The notes beneath the pieces are model-generated. The model did no database searches. It was given only the letters and a program-made list of their open reading frames with translations, and was not told the DNA's origin. A stretch of 64,000 bases of DNA from Candidatus Bathyarchaeia archaeon (GTDB lineage Archaea > Thermoproteota > Bathyarchaeia > Bathyarchaeales > Bathycorpusculaceae), in NCBI GenBank assembly GCA_038882655.1, contig JAVZNT010000001.1, positions 1 to 64,000 on the forward strand, in the 5' to 3' direction. This document shows positions 48,733 to 58,352 of the stretch, piece after piece. Numbering within the stretch: position 1 is the first letter of the stretch; each line of letters opens with the position of its first letter. The position numbers were made by a program, and so were the translations under genes.

Positions 48733-49061
48733 CTTTTAACTTGGATATGGCTTGAGAGCTATAAAAGATTTGATGTTGCCTTTTGTTTAAGTGTAATAGA
48801 GAGCACTATGTTTCTGCTCTCCAGACTAAAATCACGTTGTCGTTTCCGGAAGGCGGTGGAATGGCGCATGTAACAATTAAGTGTGTGACGTTTGCGGTCA
48901 CATACTTGTTGCCCATAGCATCCGCAGATGCAGCTTCAACGCTCCAGCTTTTTGGGGCTCCAGCCAAGCCGTGTGAAAGCACTTTCACGGCTTGGACCTT
49001 ATCATTTACAGCAAATTTTTATTCGAAGAAAATCTGAGGTGCTTGACTTTTTAATTCTTTC

Positions 49062-49271
49062 TTAGTCTTCTATAAGTGTGAAGAACGTCTTAATTAAAGC
49101 GATAATCATTAGAATAGCTCCAATAAAAATAAATATGTAGCCAATCTGCCAATATGGGTGCTCAATATAACCTCTAATACTTCTTTCTTGAAAGAGAAGG
49201 ATGATGCCAGTTAAAATAATTGCTAAGCCCCAAGAAGCAATCAATAACCATACAACTACCTTCAATTTCAA
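49062..49271 (-). CDS. Small two-TM membrane protein
   Basis: Two hydrophobic helices; GAGGTGA Shine-Dalgarno just upstream. Confidence 0.6.
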   Translation of the reverse strand: MKLKVVVWLLIASWGLAIILTGIILLFQERSIRGYIEHPYWQIGYIFIFIGAILMIIALIKTFFTLIED

Positions 49272-49405
49272 ATATGATCACCTCAAATAACAAGTTGTTT
49301 TAAAAGTATTATGTTAACGATTTTAAAACTTTTTATTTTAAAACTGGCCAGTTTATTATGAAAGAAATTCTAATGGGTTAATAGTGCATCTTCTTTGAAA
49401 TATTT

Positions 49406-49759
49406 TTATGAGTATTCTCTGAATGTGTAGCCGCATTTTGTACAGCGCAAGAACTGAGTTGAGGATTCGTCTGCCCCTCGTGTTTGCACCTGCCAAACGT
49501 AAGCCGTGTTGTTTCCGCATTTTGGGCACTCGATTCTGACTGTTGGGAGGGTTCTGAGTTTTTGTTCTTCCTTGCCTATCACTGCAACTTGTTGTTGTGG
49601 ATTATGCTGAATAATTTTTGCAACTTTTGGTGCGGCTTTTTCGCTTACTATGCGCTTCTTGTAGCCGCATTTTGAACAAGTAAGCGTTAAGGATTCCTTT
49701 TTCTCAGATTTCGCCTTCTTTGGCACGAGGCGCGTTCCACATTTTGGGCAAAATTCCAT
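49406..49759 (-). CDS. tfs: Transcription factor S (TFS)
   Basis: FCPKCG...C..CGY and CPKCG....QTRGADE...C.KCG; acidic DE hairpin intact. Confidence 0.93.
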   Translation of the reverse strand: MEFCPKCGTRLVPKKAKSEKKESLTLTCSKCGYKKRIVSEKAAPKVAKIIQHNPQQQVAVIGKEEQKLRTLPTVRIECPKCGNNTAYVWQVQTRGADESSTQFLRCTKCGYTFREYS

Positions 49760-49839
49760 TGTTTTAAACTCCGATTTCCGTTTGTTTTCCCATGCTTCGG
49801 TGTCTTTTAAACTTTTTCTTTTAACAATTAGGATTGGTG

Positions 49840-50430
49840 CTAAATTGTGCTAAGCCCAGATGCAATTAAATGTGCAACTCGAAGTGCCTCAGGCATGTAG
49901 CTCCGCGTCGATGTCAACTGCAGAATCCTTCTAGCATCCTCCTCGGAAATTCCAGACATCTGCATGTAAATCTTGCTTTTTCCGCCGTTTAGGAGCACCT
50001 CGTAAAGTTCTCCGGCGTTAAGTATGGCTTTCCAGCGCTCTTCACTTTTTGGAAGCTTTTTTAGGGCTTCATGGATTTGGTAAAAGTTTGGTTTATTCCG
50101 TGTTACGGCTATCACCGGAAGCCCTGTGGCCACATTAAGTTTTTTTATGTCCACCACATTGAAGCCCGCAATAGTTACGCCGTTAAGCATTACGACCCTT
50201 AACTGTTTATGGTGGGGAGACTTCTGTATCATGGACGCGATTTTTCTTGTGGCTTCAAATCCGTCAACCCTAACCATTGTGTGCATAACCCCGTCAAGCC
50301 AATATCCGCCTCGGAAAACAACGCCAACAACGGGCACTAAACCTTTCGTATGAAGTTTAAATACTCCATCGTCAATCCCTAAAACGCGGATTTCCGGCTT
50401 TATTACACGAAACTTTTGTGTAACTGGCAA
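49840..50430 (-). CDS. DUF99/UPF0215 endonuclease V-fold protein
   Basis: RVLGIDDG, VDG.EAT, GFNVVD, PEALRVAHLIA. Confidence 0.88.
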   Translation of the reverse strand: MPVTQKFRVIKPEIRVLGIDDGVFKLHTKGLVPVVGVVFRGGYWLDGVMHTMVRVDGFEATRKIASMIQKSPHHKQLRVVMLNGVTIAGFNVVDIKKLNVATGLPVIAVTRNKPNFYQIHEALKKLPKSEERWKAILNAGELYEVLLNGGKSKIYMQMSGISEEDARRILQLTSTRSYMPEALRVAHLIASGLSTI

Positions 50431-50570
50431 AATTTTCCCTCAGTTGTCCAGCAGAAATAGAGGCTGCTACCATTATAAGTTTAGCGAAAAAGTTTGAGGT
50501 GAAATAGCGTAATATAAGGAAACTTAAAAATTCTTGGAAGTGCAAATTAAAACGTTAAGGCTGACATGTC

Positions 50571-50768
50571 ATGGCTAAAACAGAAACCATAGGCGCATTT
50601 TTGATAGCCATTGGGCTTCTGCTAATTATTCACCATATCATTTTCTGGCAGAGACCTTTTGACTTGGCTGACATGCTGCACCACGAGTTTTTCGAGGCAG
50701 TATTTTTCACGGCTGGGGTAACCCTCCTAATAGTGGCATGGTCAAATCGGCGGAGAGGATGCCGGTAA
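50571..50768 (+). CDS. Small membrane protein
   Basis: Two TM segments with HH pairs; stop overlaps the next start (TAATG). Confidence 0.6.
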   Translation: MAKTETIGAFLIAIGLLLIIHHIIFWQRPFDLADMLHHEFFEAVFFTAGVTLLIVAWSNRRRGCR

Positions 50769-52120
50769 TGAACCTTCTAATCTACGGCGGAACAGTAGTC
50801 ACAATGCGTGGAGACGAAATAATTCGTGATGGCGCCATAGCAATAGAAGGCAAAACCATAATTGATGTTGGAAAAGCCGGGCAGATGTTGAGGAAATACG
50901 CAAGCGGCTATGAGAAGATAAACGCAAAAGGAAAGGTTGTGATTCCAGGGCTAATAAACACTCATCAACACGCAGCCATGAGCCTACTGCGGGGTTATGC
51001 TGACGACTTACCCTTGCAAGAGTGGCTTGAAAAATGGATATGGCCCATAGAAGGGTTGATAACGGCTGAAGACATTTTTGTGGGTAGCTTGCTGACAGCC
51101 GTCGAATCCATAATGGGTGGTACAACAACCGTTAACACAATGTACCACTACATGCCCGGAGAAAACGAGGCGAAAGCTTTTGCGGAAGCCGGCATTAGAG
51201 GTGTTGTTGGTCACGTTTGCTTTTCATGGAGAAAAGATGAAGATAGGAGGGCGTTGAGGGATTTAGCCAGAAATTGGCATAATAAGGCTGACGGGCTTAT
51301 TCGCGTCAGCGTTGATCCCCACGCGCCTTATACTATTGACCCAGAATACATGAGAGAACTGAAGGTTTTACGCAAAGAACTCAATAGAAGGTATGGTTCA
51401 GAAAGGGCGCCTATCATATGGCACATTCATGTAGCCGAAACATTTGATGAAGCTGATAAGATACGGAAAGCCTTCAACGTTGATGTTAAAGACGGTGTGG
51501 TGGAGTATTTGGACTCTTTAGGCGTTTTAGACGAGCACGTTATTGCAGCACACTGTGTGGCACTGACAGATAAGGACATTGCAGCAATGAAAGCCAGAGA
51601 TGTCAAAGTTTCCCACAACCCAGTTTCGAATCTTAAGCTTGCCTCCGGCATAAGTCCTGTTCCAAAAATGTTGGAGCGTGGTATAACAGTTTCCCTCGGC
51701 ACAGATAGTCCCTGCTCCAATAATGCGGCGGACATGTTCGAAGCTATGAAAGTGGCAGCTTTACTCCATAAAGGTGTTAACAGAAATCCGACGGTGATGC
51801 CTGCGCAGCAAGTCCTTAAAATGGCAACTTTAGATGGAGCCAAGGCGCTATCTTGGGAAAATGAGATAGGCTCGATAGAGGTTGGAAAAAAGGCGGATTT
51901 AACCATTATAAACTTTGGAAAGCCGCACCTATCTCCATTATACAGCGAATTTAGCCATCTGGTTTACGCTACAAAATCATCGGATGTCGAAACCGTCATA
52001 ATCAATGGTAAAATAGTGATGGAAAACAGGCGGTTAACGACTTTGAACGTTAAGAAGGTTATGGAAATGGTTGAGAAAGCTAAAAACCGCCTTTTAGAAA
52101 AGCTTCAAGCGCAACGTTAA
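50768..52120 (+). CDS. mtaD: MTA/SAH (5'-deoxyadenosine) deaminase-type amidohydrolase
   Basis: PGLINTHQH, PHAPYT, HIHVAET, AAHCV, HNPVSNLKL, LGTD; adjacent to ahcY. Confidence 0.82.
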   Translation: MNLLIYGGTVVTMRGDEIIRDGAIAIEGKTIIDVGKAGQMLRKYASGYEKINAKGKVVIPGLINTHQHAAMSLLRGYADDLPLQEWLEKWIWPIEGLITAEDIFVGSLLTAVESIMGGTTTVNTMYHYMPGENEAKAFAEAGIRGVVGHVCFSWRKDEDRRALRDLARNWHNKADGLIRVSVDPHAPYTIDPEYMRELKVLRKELNRRYGSERAPIIWHIHVAETFDEADKIRKAFNVDVKDGVVEYLDSLGVLDEHVIAAHCVALTDKDIAAMKARDVKVSHNPVSNLKLASGISPVPKMLERGITVSLGTDSPCSNNAADMFEAMKVAALLHKGVNRNPTVMPAQQVLKMATLDGAKALSWENEIGSIEVGKKADLTIINFGKPHLSPLYSEFSHLVYATKSSDVETVIINGKIVMENRRLTTLNVKKVMEMVEKAKNRLLEKLQAQR

Positions 52121-52159
52121 ATAGTCATGCGGAAAAATGCATAGCGAGAAGGCGATTTA

Positions 52160-53416
52160 ATGGCAAGCTTCAAAGTTAAAGATGAAAGCCTAGCCCCGAA
52201 GGGAACGCTGCAAATAGAATGGGCCTCAAGACACATGCCTGTTCTAAACCAAATTAAGAAAAGATTCAGCGAAGAGAAACCCTTAAAGAATATTGTGCTA
52301 GGCGCATGTCTCCACGTCACAAAAGAAACAGCCGTGCTAGTTGACGCCTTTCTCGCTGGGGGCGCAAAAGTCGCCCTTTGCGGCTCCAACCCGCTTTCAA
52401 CGCAGGATGAGGTTGCAGCGGCACTGGCGGAGAAAGGCGTCTACGTCTACGCGTGGCGTGGTCAAACAACAGACGAATACTACTGGTGTATTGAAAGGGT
52501 CATAGACCAGAAGCCATCGATAACATTAGACGACGGAGCCGACCTAGTCAGCACAATCCACAGTAAAAGAACAGACGCACTGTCAAACGTTAAGGGAGGC
52601 ACGGAAGAGACAACAACCGGTGTTTTAAGGCTCAGAGCCATGGAAAGGTCTGGAACCTTGAAATACGCGATAATAGCCGTTAACGACGCTTACACAAAAT
52701 ATTTGTTTGACAATCGTTATGGAACTGGTCAGAGCACAATCGACGGCATTTTAAGAGCAACAAACATTCTTTTAGCTGGGAAAAACTTTGTTGTTTGCGG
52801 TTATGGATGGTGCGGCAGAGGAGTTGCGATTCGAGCAAGAGGAATGGGCGCCAACGTCATTGTCACAGAAGTAAACCCGTTAAGGGCTCTTGAAGCAGTT
52901 ATGGACGGCTTCCGCGTAATGCCAATAGGCAAGGCGGCCGAAATAGGCGACATCTTCCTAACAACTACGGGCGATATAAGCGTCATTAGAAAGGAGCATA
53001 TGAAGAAAATGCGGGACGGAACCATCCTCGCCAACAGCGGTCACTTCAACGTTGAAATAAGCTTAAAAGACCTTGAAGAACTGGCAGCTTCGAAGAGAAC
53101 TGTTAGACCGAACCTTGAAGAATACGTCTTAAAGGATGGCAGAAGGCTGTACTTGCTTGCTGAGGGACGGCTTGTAAACTTGGCGGCTGCTGAAGGACAC
53201 CCCTCCGAGGTTATGGACATGTCCTTTGCAAACCAAGCCCTAAGCGTCGAATACCTCGTTAAAAAAGAGAAAATGCCGCCAAAAGTATACCTTGTTCCAA
53301 AGGAAATAGACGAAACAGTGGCTAAGTTGAAACTTGAGGCAATTGACGTAAAAATAGATGAGCTGACAGAGGAGCAGAGAAGGTATTTGGCAGAGTGGGA
53401 GATGGGCACAACTTAA
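52160..53416 (+). CDS. ahcY: S-adenosylhomocysteine hydrolase
   Basis: [55 protein letters not shown]. Confidence 0.96.
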   Translation: MASFKVKDESLAPKGTLQIEWASRHMPVLNQIKKRFSEEKPLKNIVLGACLHVTKETAVLVDAFLAGGAKVALCGSNPLSTQDEVAAALAEKGVYVYAWRGQTTDEYYWCIERVIDQKPSITLDDGADLVSTIHSKRTDALSNVKGGTEETTTGVLRLRAMERSGTLKYAIIAVNDAYTKYLFDNRYGTGQSTIDGILRATNILLAGKNFVVCGYGWCGRGVAIRARGMGANVIVTEVNPLRALEAVMDGFRVMPIGKAAEIGDIFLTTTGDISVIRKEHMKKMRDGTILANSGHFNVEISLKDLEELAASKRTVRPNLEEYVLKDGRRLYLLAEGRLVNLAAAEGHPSEVMDMSFANQALSVEYLVKKEKMPPKVYLVPKEIDETVAKLKLEAIDVKIDELTEEQRRYLAEWEMGTT

Positions 53417-53494
53417 CATTTTGTCATTGATGTGATATGGTAAACTTTAAAAGGAAAGTAAACAATAAACATGGCTTTGTGTGGTGACGTGTAA

Positions 53495-53848
53495 ATGGTA
53501 AGCAAAGATCAATCAATAGGAGGAGCAATATTCCTCATATGCCTCATAATAGCAATATTCTATGTGATAACACTGTTCTATCCGGATTGGATTGTGAATT
53601 TAGGCTGGGCGAGTAAACCCGAGCATGTTCAGTTTTGGCTAATTGCGATACCGGTTTTCATAGCGTTCATAGCCATAATGGGAATTGGCGCTTGGATTGG
53701 TTGGACAATGGCTACGACACCTCCACCAAAGCCTATAGAAGAGATAACAAGTGAAATCGAAGAAGAGGAAAAGAAAGAGGAAACAGCTAAAGAGTCTAAA
53801 GAGACAGCAGAGACCAGAGAGAAGGAGAAGGGGAAAAGCCAAAAGTAA
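53495..53848 (+). CDS. Hypothetical two-TM protein with charged tail
   Basis: WIGWTMATTPPPKP followed by an E/K-rich tail. Confidence 0.75.
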   Translation: MVSKDQSIGGAIFLICLIIAIFYVITLFYPDWIVNLGWASKPEHVQFWLIAIPVFIAFIAIMGIGAWIGWTMATTPPPKPIEEITSEIEEEEKKEETAKESKETAETREKEKGKSQK

Positions 53849-53853
53849 GCGTT

Positions 53854-54225
53854 TCAAAGTCCAAGCATTTGAAAGGCAAAGTGTAACGCAACATTAACTG
53901 CTGTTGCTATGCCAAAAACTAAAATAACAATTTTCGGAGAAATTGAGGTTAGGGAACTTTCCTCGCTTTTTGGCTGAATTTCATATGCCGTAATCTCTTG
54001 AGTTTCAGCGTCCACGTGAATGATGGCTGTAAGTTTCTTCATTTCCACCTCAACAGTGTAGATTCCCTCTTCTAGAGAAACCCTCTTCGGCTTTATGCCT
54101 CCTTTATGCCCTATTCTTTTGAGAAAACCTGTAGCAATAGCTGTGACTGATTCAGCGTTAAGCTTCTTCATTTGTGCTGCTGGAGTTATGACGCCTGGAG
54201 CCTTTTTCTGCAGAACTGCCGCCAA
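53854..54225 (-). CDS. Hypothetical protein (PepSY-like domain, C-terminal TM)
   Basis: A..IA..FL...Y.VEV....IHVDAET.EI pattern and terminal hydrophobic helix. Confidence 0.6.
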   Translation of the reverse strand: MAAVLQKKAPGVITPAAQMKKLNAESVTAIATGFLKRIGHKGGIKPKRVSLEEGIYTVEVEMKKLTAIIHVDAETQEITAYEIQPKSEESSLTSISPKIVILVFGIATAVNVALHFAFQMLGL

Positions 54226-54296
54226 CTATGGTGTCCCCTATCATTTTAGGCATTTTGAATGTTTAAAAGAAGGTGTGTGTATCATTGGCAACCAAC

Positions 54297-54686
54297 CTAT
54301 TCAGTTATGGTTTTCAGCATGCACTGCACTATTTTTTCGCATACAATACACTCTTCCGGAACGCTCTCTTTTGATGAGCGTTTGCTCAAATATCCAAAAT
54401 AATGTTTGCATTCGGTTTTCTCTGGAACGGTCTGAATTTCACGTTTTTCGTTTACCAATGGTTTTTCTTTAGTTTCGCTTTCTTCCTCTGGAATTTTTTG
54501 TTCTGTAGCAGATATGAAGACAGGTTTTTCAACCATTATTTCTGCAAGGCAGTATGGGCATGCCTCATAAACGACGTCATTTCTAACGTCTTCAACTTTT
54601 ATCGGGGTTGCGAAGTTTTTCCCGCATAGAGGGTTTGGGCACGTGTGGCTTTTGTTTTCTGCGGGGTCTTCCCTCTTCTTTTTCGT
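54297..54686 (-). CDS. Double zinc-finger protein (paralog of 61404..61784); probable ACG start
   Basis: Frame is open upstream of ATG 54536 and encodes CPNPLCG..F..P...ACPYCL; C-terminal CKHYFGYL...PEEC..C..C. Confidence 0.7.
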   Translation of the reverse strand, partial: TKKKREDPAENKSHTCPNPLCGKNFATPIKVEDVRNDVVYEACPYCLAEIMVEKPVFISATEQKIPEEESETKEKPLVNEKREIQTVPEKTECKHYFGYLSKRSSKESVPEECIVCEKIVQCMLKTITE

Positions 54687-54779
54687 AGCTATTCCTCCTT
54701 TAAATTAGAATTGGACTCCGAGTTTATAGTGTTGATGAATCCAGAATACTTATCCTAACTAATCTTTGCAAAAATGATG

Positions 54780-55358
54780 TTATGGGGATGCCAGTTTTTT
54801 TAGGTCCTCCTCCCCCTCAGCGTAGCCGGAAGCGATTAGGATGTCGCCCACTTGGATTCGCGAGTCTGGTTTTGGGCGTATACATTTTTCTCCCCTTTTT
54901 ATAGCTAGAATCCACATGCCCGTTTCCTCTGGGATTTTTGCTTCCCGCAAAGTCTTGTTTGCTAAAGGTGAGTTTTCTGCTACCTTTGTGTACGTGATTG
55001 TTTCTTCTGCCTCTTCTATGGCTAGTGCGAGCACCGGGTGGGGTTCTATGCCTCTTAAAACGACTTCGGCTATTTGTGCAGCTGCATCAGCTATCTTTTC
55101 TGTTACAACGCCAAGTCTTATCAGTCCTAGGAAGCCTTTGGCTTCCTCTTTTTTGAATTTGCTTGATAGGACCAGTAGTTCAAATTCGGTGTGCAGTTTA
55201 TCCATGTATTCTTCGAGTTTTTGAACCTCTTCAGCTAGCTCCTTGCTGCTTAGGAGCAGCGATGAATAAGCCAAATCAATCATCAGTTCGGATGTGTCTT
55301 TAAGCTCTACGAAGCGTTCGACGATTTCCTCAAATTTTTTCTGGTTTTTCTCCGCCAT
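54780..55358 (-). CDS. PhoU + TrkA-C (RCK_C) domain protein
   Basis: LKDTSELMIDLAYS, EKIADAA, TGMWILAIKRG..P. Confidence 0.88.
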   Translation of the reverse strand: MAEKNQKKFEEIVERFVELKDTSELMIDLAYSSLLLSSKELAEEVQKLEEYMDKLHTEFELLVLSSKFKKEEAKGFLGLIRLGVVTEKIADAAAQIAEVVLRGIEPHPVLALAIEEAEETITYTKVAENSPLANKTLREAKIPEETGMWILAIKRGEKCIRPKPDSRIQVGDILIASGYAEGEEDLKKLASP

Positions 55359-55361
55359 AAA

Positions 55362-55970
55362 CTAGTCCTCCAGCTTGTCTGGTTTTCCCTCGCAGAGTTC
55401 CTTCAGCTCTTTTAATCCTTCGTGGGTGCCGCGGGCGATGAGGATGTCGCTAGCCTTGACTTTCTCTTTTTCTTTTGGGTTTATTATCCAGTCGTTTTCT
55501 CTGAATATGGCGATTATGTCTATGCCCATTCTTGGGGCTAGTTCGAGCTCGCCTATATCCTTTCCAACTAGAACCGATTTTTCGTTTACTTTGGCTTTTG
55601 CTAACCGTTCTTCAACTCTTTCGAAGATTTCGCCCACAATGGGATGTACCCCTATATTCTGCGTTACTATTGCAGCTATGTCTGCTGCAGCGTCTGAAAT
55701 TTTGTCTGTAGCGGCGGCCACCTTTGAAACACCAACCAGCACTTCTGCGTCTTTTGCGTCTCTTGCCGCCACCATAGTGACCATTTCAAGATGGTAAGCC
55801 AACGTGTCTATGCGTTTTTCCAGCTCCAAAACGTCTTCCGCCAAGTCTTTGTCGTTGAAGAGGGCAGCCGAATAAGCCAAGTCAATCATTAGTTCGGAGA
55901 GGTTTTTCATTTCGCGGAGAACTTCCCTCACTGTTACGGGCTTATATTCAATTTTTTCAAAGGGAGGCAT
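55362..55970 (-). CDS. PhoU + TrkA-C (RCK_C) domain protein
   Basis: MKNLSELMIDLAYSA, KISDAA, GIDIIAI.R...INP, LIARG. Confidence 0.88.
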   Translation of the reverse strand: MPPFEKIEYKPVTVREVLREMKNLSELMIDLAYSAALFNDKDLAEDVLELEKRIDTLAYHLEMVTMVAARDAKDAEVLVGVSKVAAATDKISDAAADIAAIVTQNIGVHPIVGEIFERVEERLAKAKVNEKSVLVGKDIGELELAPRMGIDIIAIFRENDWIINPKEKEKVKASDILIARGTHEGLKELKELCEGKPDKLED

Positions 55971-56053
55971 AGCGTTTTAGGCTCTCCGACCAGAATATTT
56001 AGCAGCGAACATTTTAACTCTTATCCCCTTAAGGCTGGCTTTTGGAGTAGTTT

Positions 56054-57256
56054 TCAAGCTAATATTCCAGTCCATAAGACAAGCGCCACAAGAAGCGAAA
56101 TAGTTGTTATACTGTCGGCAAGGGAACTCTCGATGGGAATTTCAAAATTGTCCGGGTCTAAACCCCTCTGATAGGTTAAGATGGCAACGGAATAGGAAAC
56201 CAAAATTATTAGAGAAGCGGCGAAAATGTTGACTGTGAAGAGGAAAAACGTAAATGTTACAAGGCTTACTGGCGCAAACGTTCCAGTTATTAGCAAGGCT
56301 AAAACTGAATAGGCAAAATACATTATTAGGGATGCAACCCACGCGCCTGAAATCTCCATCAAATGGCTTTTCATGGATGAAAATGACGCCTTAAGGGTTC
56401 CGAGAGCAAGTTTTGTTGTGGCTGTTGAGCCGACAACAGCGCCTACATCGCCTATAGTGTCAATTAACGCTGGATAAACAACATATACCTGGCTAAGTTC
56501 CTTTCCACGTATGAGTCCCTCCACCTTCCCCAAGGTTGCCCCCGCAACGTTAACTACAAAAGATACTAAAACAAGCGTTAACAGTGTTTCTTTCAAAGTT
56601 TTGATGAACTCTGGCTCCCTTGCATTTTTAACCAAAAAGAATGCAGAGGTTAATAGCAATGCCAAACTTATAAGAGTGAAGATATAGCTCCAGAGAAGGC
56701 TGTTGGCAAGGAAGAGACTAAGCACTGTGATGTATATTGAGGTTATTAGGAGGTCTGCCACGGTGGACTCTATTGGATATAAGATTATGTCTGGATCAAG
56801 TCCATGCTTAAAGGAGACGAAGGAAGCAGTCAACGTCAGCGGTGAAATGACAATTAACGCCAGAGTCATCGTCGCCATAAAAACGCTTATCAGACCCAAA
56901 AATTCTCCAAAGCCGCTTAAAAAGGCTGCAATTAGGCTCATCATGAGGCTTGCTTCGAAAGTCATAATCACAATTGCTTGGAAGAGTAAATAGAAACTCT
57001 TCGTGTTTCCGAAAAGGCGTGGTTGAACTGTTCCAAGGTGCAGAGCAGTGCTTAAACGTCCACAAAATAAGCCTCCTATAACCCCACGGGCACTGAGGAT
57101 AGGTGGATAGATCACGACTGCCCATGGTGCTTTTGCAAAAAGTCCAGAATTGAAAGCGATTATTGCTCCTGCAGCTATTCCGAAAATGTTGAAGGCGTAA
57201 GCCATCACTGACTGCTTTAGGGTTTCGGCGAATCGCGGTTTAGCCTTCAAAGCCAT
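56054..57256 (-). CDS. MgtE/SLC41-type divalent cation transporter (duplicated membrane domain)
   Basis: RLSTALHLG, GLDPD...P..ST.AD, TTKLALG, GLDPDN..IP..SSLAD. Confidence 0.9.
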   Translation of the reverse strand: MALKAKPRFAETLKQSVMAYAFNIFGIAAGAIIAFNSGLFAKAPWAVVIYPPILSARGVIGGLFCGRLSTALHLGTVQPRLFGNTKSFYLLFQAIVIMTFEASLMMSLIAAFLSGFGEFLGLISVFMATMTLALIVISPLTLTASFVSFKHGLDPDIILYPIESTVADLLITSIYITVLSLFLANSLLWSYIFTLISLALLLTSAFFLVKNAREPEFIKTLKETLLTLVLVSFVVNVAGATLGKVEGLIRGKELSQVYVVYPALIDTIGDVGAVVGSTATTKLALGTLKASFSSMKSHLMEISGAWVASLIMYFAYSVLALLITGTFAPVSLVTFTFFLFTVNIFAASLIILVSYSVAILTYQRGLDPDNFEIPIESSLADSITTISLLVALVLWTGILA

Positions 57257-57658
57257 AAATTAACCTCCAGAAGCTCTTGCAGACCACGGTAAGAAGAGTG
57301 CATAGTAGGCAAAGGGTTAGAAGGCTGAGTTTATGATTGGATTGTTTTAAGTGGAAGTCTTGATGGGCACGACTGAGCAAATAGAGATTCACGTTTTGTT
57401 CTTTTCGCGTGCTTTTGGCTAGCCTCATCATTTTCGCCTTCTTGACTTTCCCCGTCGTTTTCCATCCATAGGCACTCCTTCAAAGCGGCTTTTTTCAGCG
57501 TGCCCTCAAACTCCACCGTTTATATCGCTCCCAAACCTCTTACAATTGAGATGGCAACCCCTTTAATTATTTTTCCGACAAATCCAAAATCCATATCCAA
57601 AATTCATAACCGTTTTAATTAGCTAACCTCTAAATTCGCAGTGCAGCGGTGAAAACTG

Positions 57659-57841
57659 TTGTATGCCATTTGGGTAAAGATTGATGAAACAATGCCATGG
57701 ATTGAACTCAGCGGAACATACCAGACAAGAGAAGAGGCTAAAAGGATGGCAAGAGAACTTTTAAGTAAAACAAGAGTAAGAATTGTTAAGGTTGAGAGAG
57801 AGCGAAGGCAAATGAAGGCTGTGATGACTGTAAAACGGTAA
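57659..57841 (+). CDS. Small hypothetical protein
   Basis: GGTGA Shine-Dalgarno upstream, coherent 60-aa ORF in an intergenic gap. Confidence 0.55.
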   Translation: MYAIWVKIDETMPWIELSGTYQTREEAKRMARELLSKTRVRIVKVERERRQMKAVMTVKR

Positions 57842-57881
57842 ACTAGGCTTAAACTTTAGAACCCCCTCACTTCTTTCAGTT

Positions 57882-58289
57882 TTAGGTTTCTGGCGAAGGA
57901 TAGCATGTGACGCACTTGCATTCCTTGAGGGTTGGCAGGTCTTCTTGATGAAGCTTGCAAATAACTTTTTCATATCTTATGGCAACGCATATTTCGCAAA
58001 GTTTCTCTATGACACTTTCCGGCGTTGCGTCTTCCCTGGCGAGGGCTTCAGCCAGTCTTGATATCATTTTCATGGCTTCTTCAGACCGGGCTATTTCCTT
58101 TGTAAGTGCCATTCCCCTTTCACCTTTAAAATATTGAGTTATGGCTGCAGGGGTTAGCTCCATCTTTTCAGAAGCCTCGATTTTTCTCATGTTGTACTTT
58201 TCTATGAGCTCTTTTGTTACTAGTACTCTTATTGCTGGGAGAAGGTATTTCACTACAATTACGCATGGGGGTTTCAAGGGTTTTCCCAT
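57882..58289 (-). CDS. HTH transcriptional regulator with Cys-rich ends (archaeal COG2522-like)
   Basis: KPPC.IVV..LLPAIR..., A..M.LT.AAITQY..G.RG, C..C...C..H...C.C; start ATG 58289. Confidence 0.82.
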   Translation of the reverse strand: MGKPLKPPCVIVVKYLLPAIRVLVTKELIEKYNMRKIEASEKMELTPAAITQYFKGERGMALTKEIARSEEAMKMISRLAEALAREDATPESVIEKLCEICVAIRYEKVICKLHQEDLPTLKECKCVTCYPSPET

Positions 58290-58317
58290 GTTATTTTTGG
58301 CGGTAGGTTTATATATT

Positions 58318-58352
58318 TTTAACGGCGTTAAATAATTTTTAACGGTGTTAAA
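58318..58352. promoter_or_regulatory. Twin palindromic operators TTTAAC-GG(C/T)-GTTAAA
   Basis: 58318-58332 and 58338-58352, 20 bp apart, between TATA-like TTTATATA (58308) and ATG 58353. Confidence 0.75.

Noticed and set aside
48783-49037. Short ORFs on both strands upstream of pcn
   Set aside because: No convincing start, SD or motif; possibly a gene remnant but unsupported.
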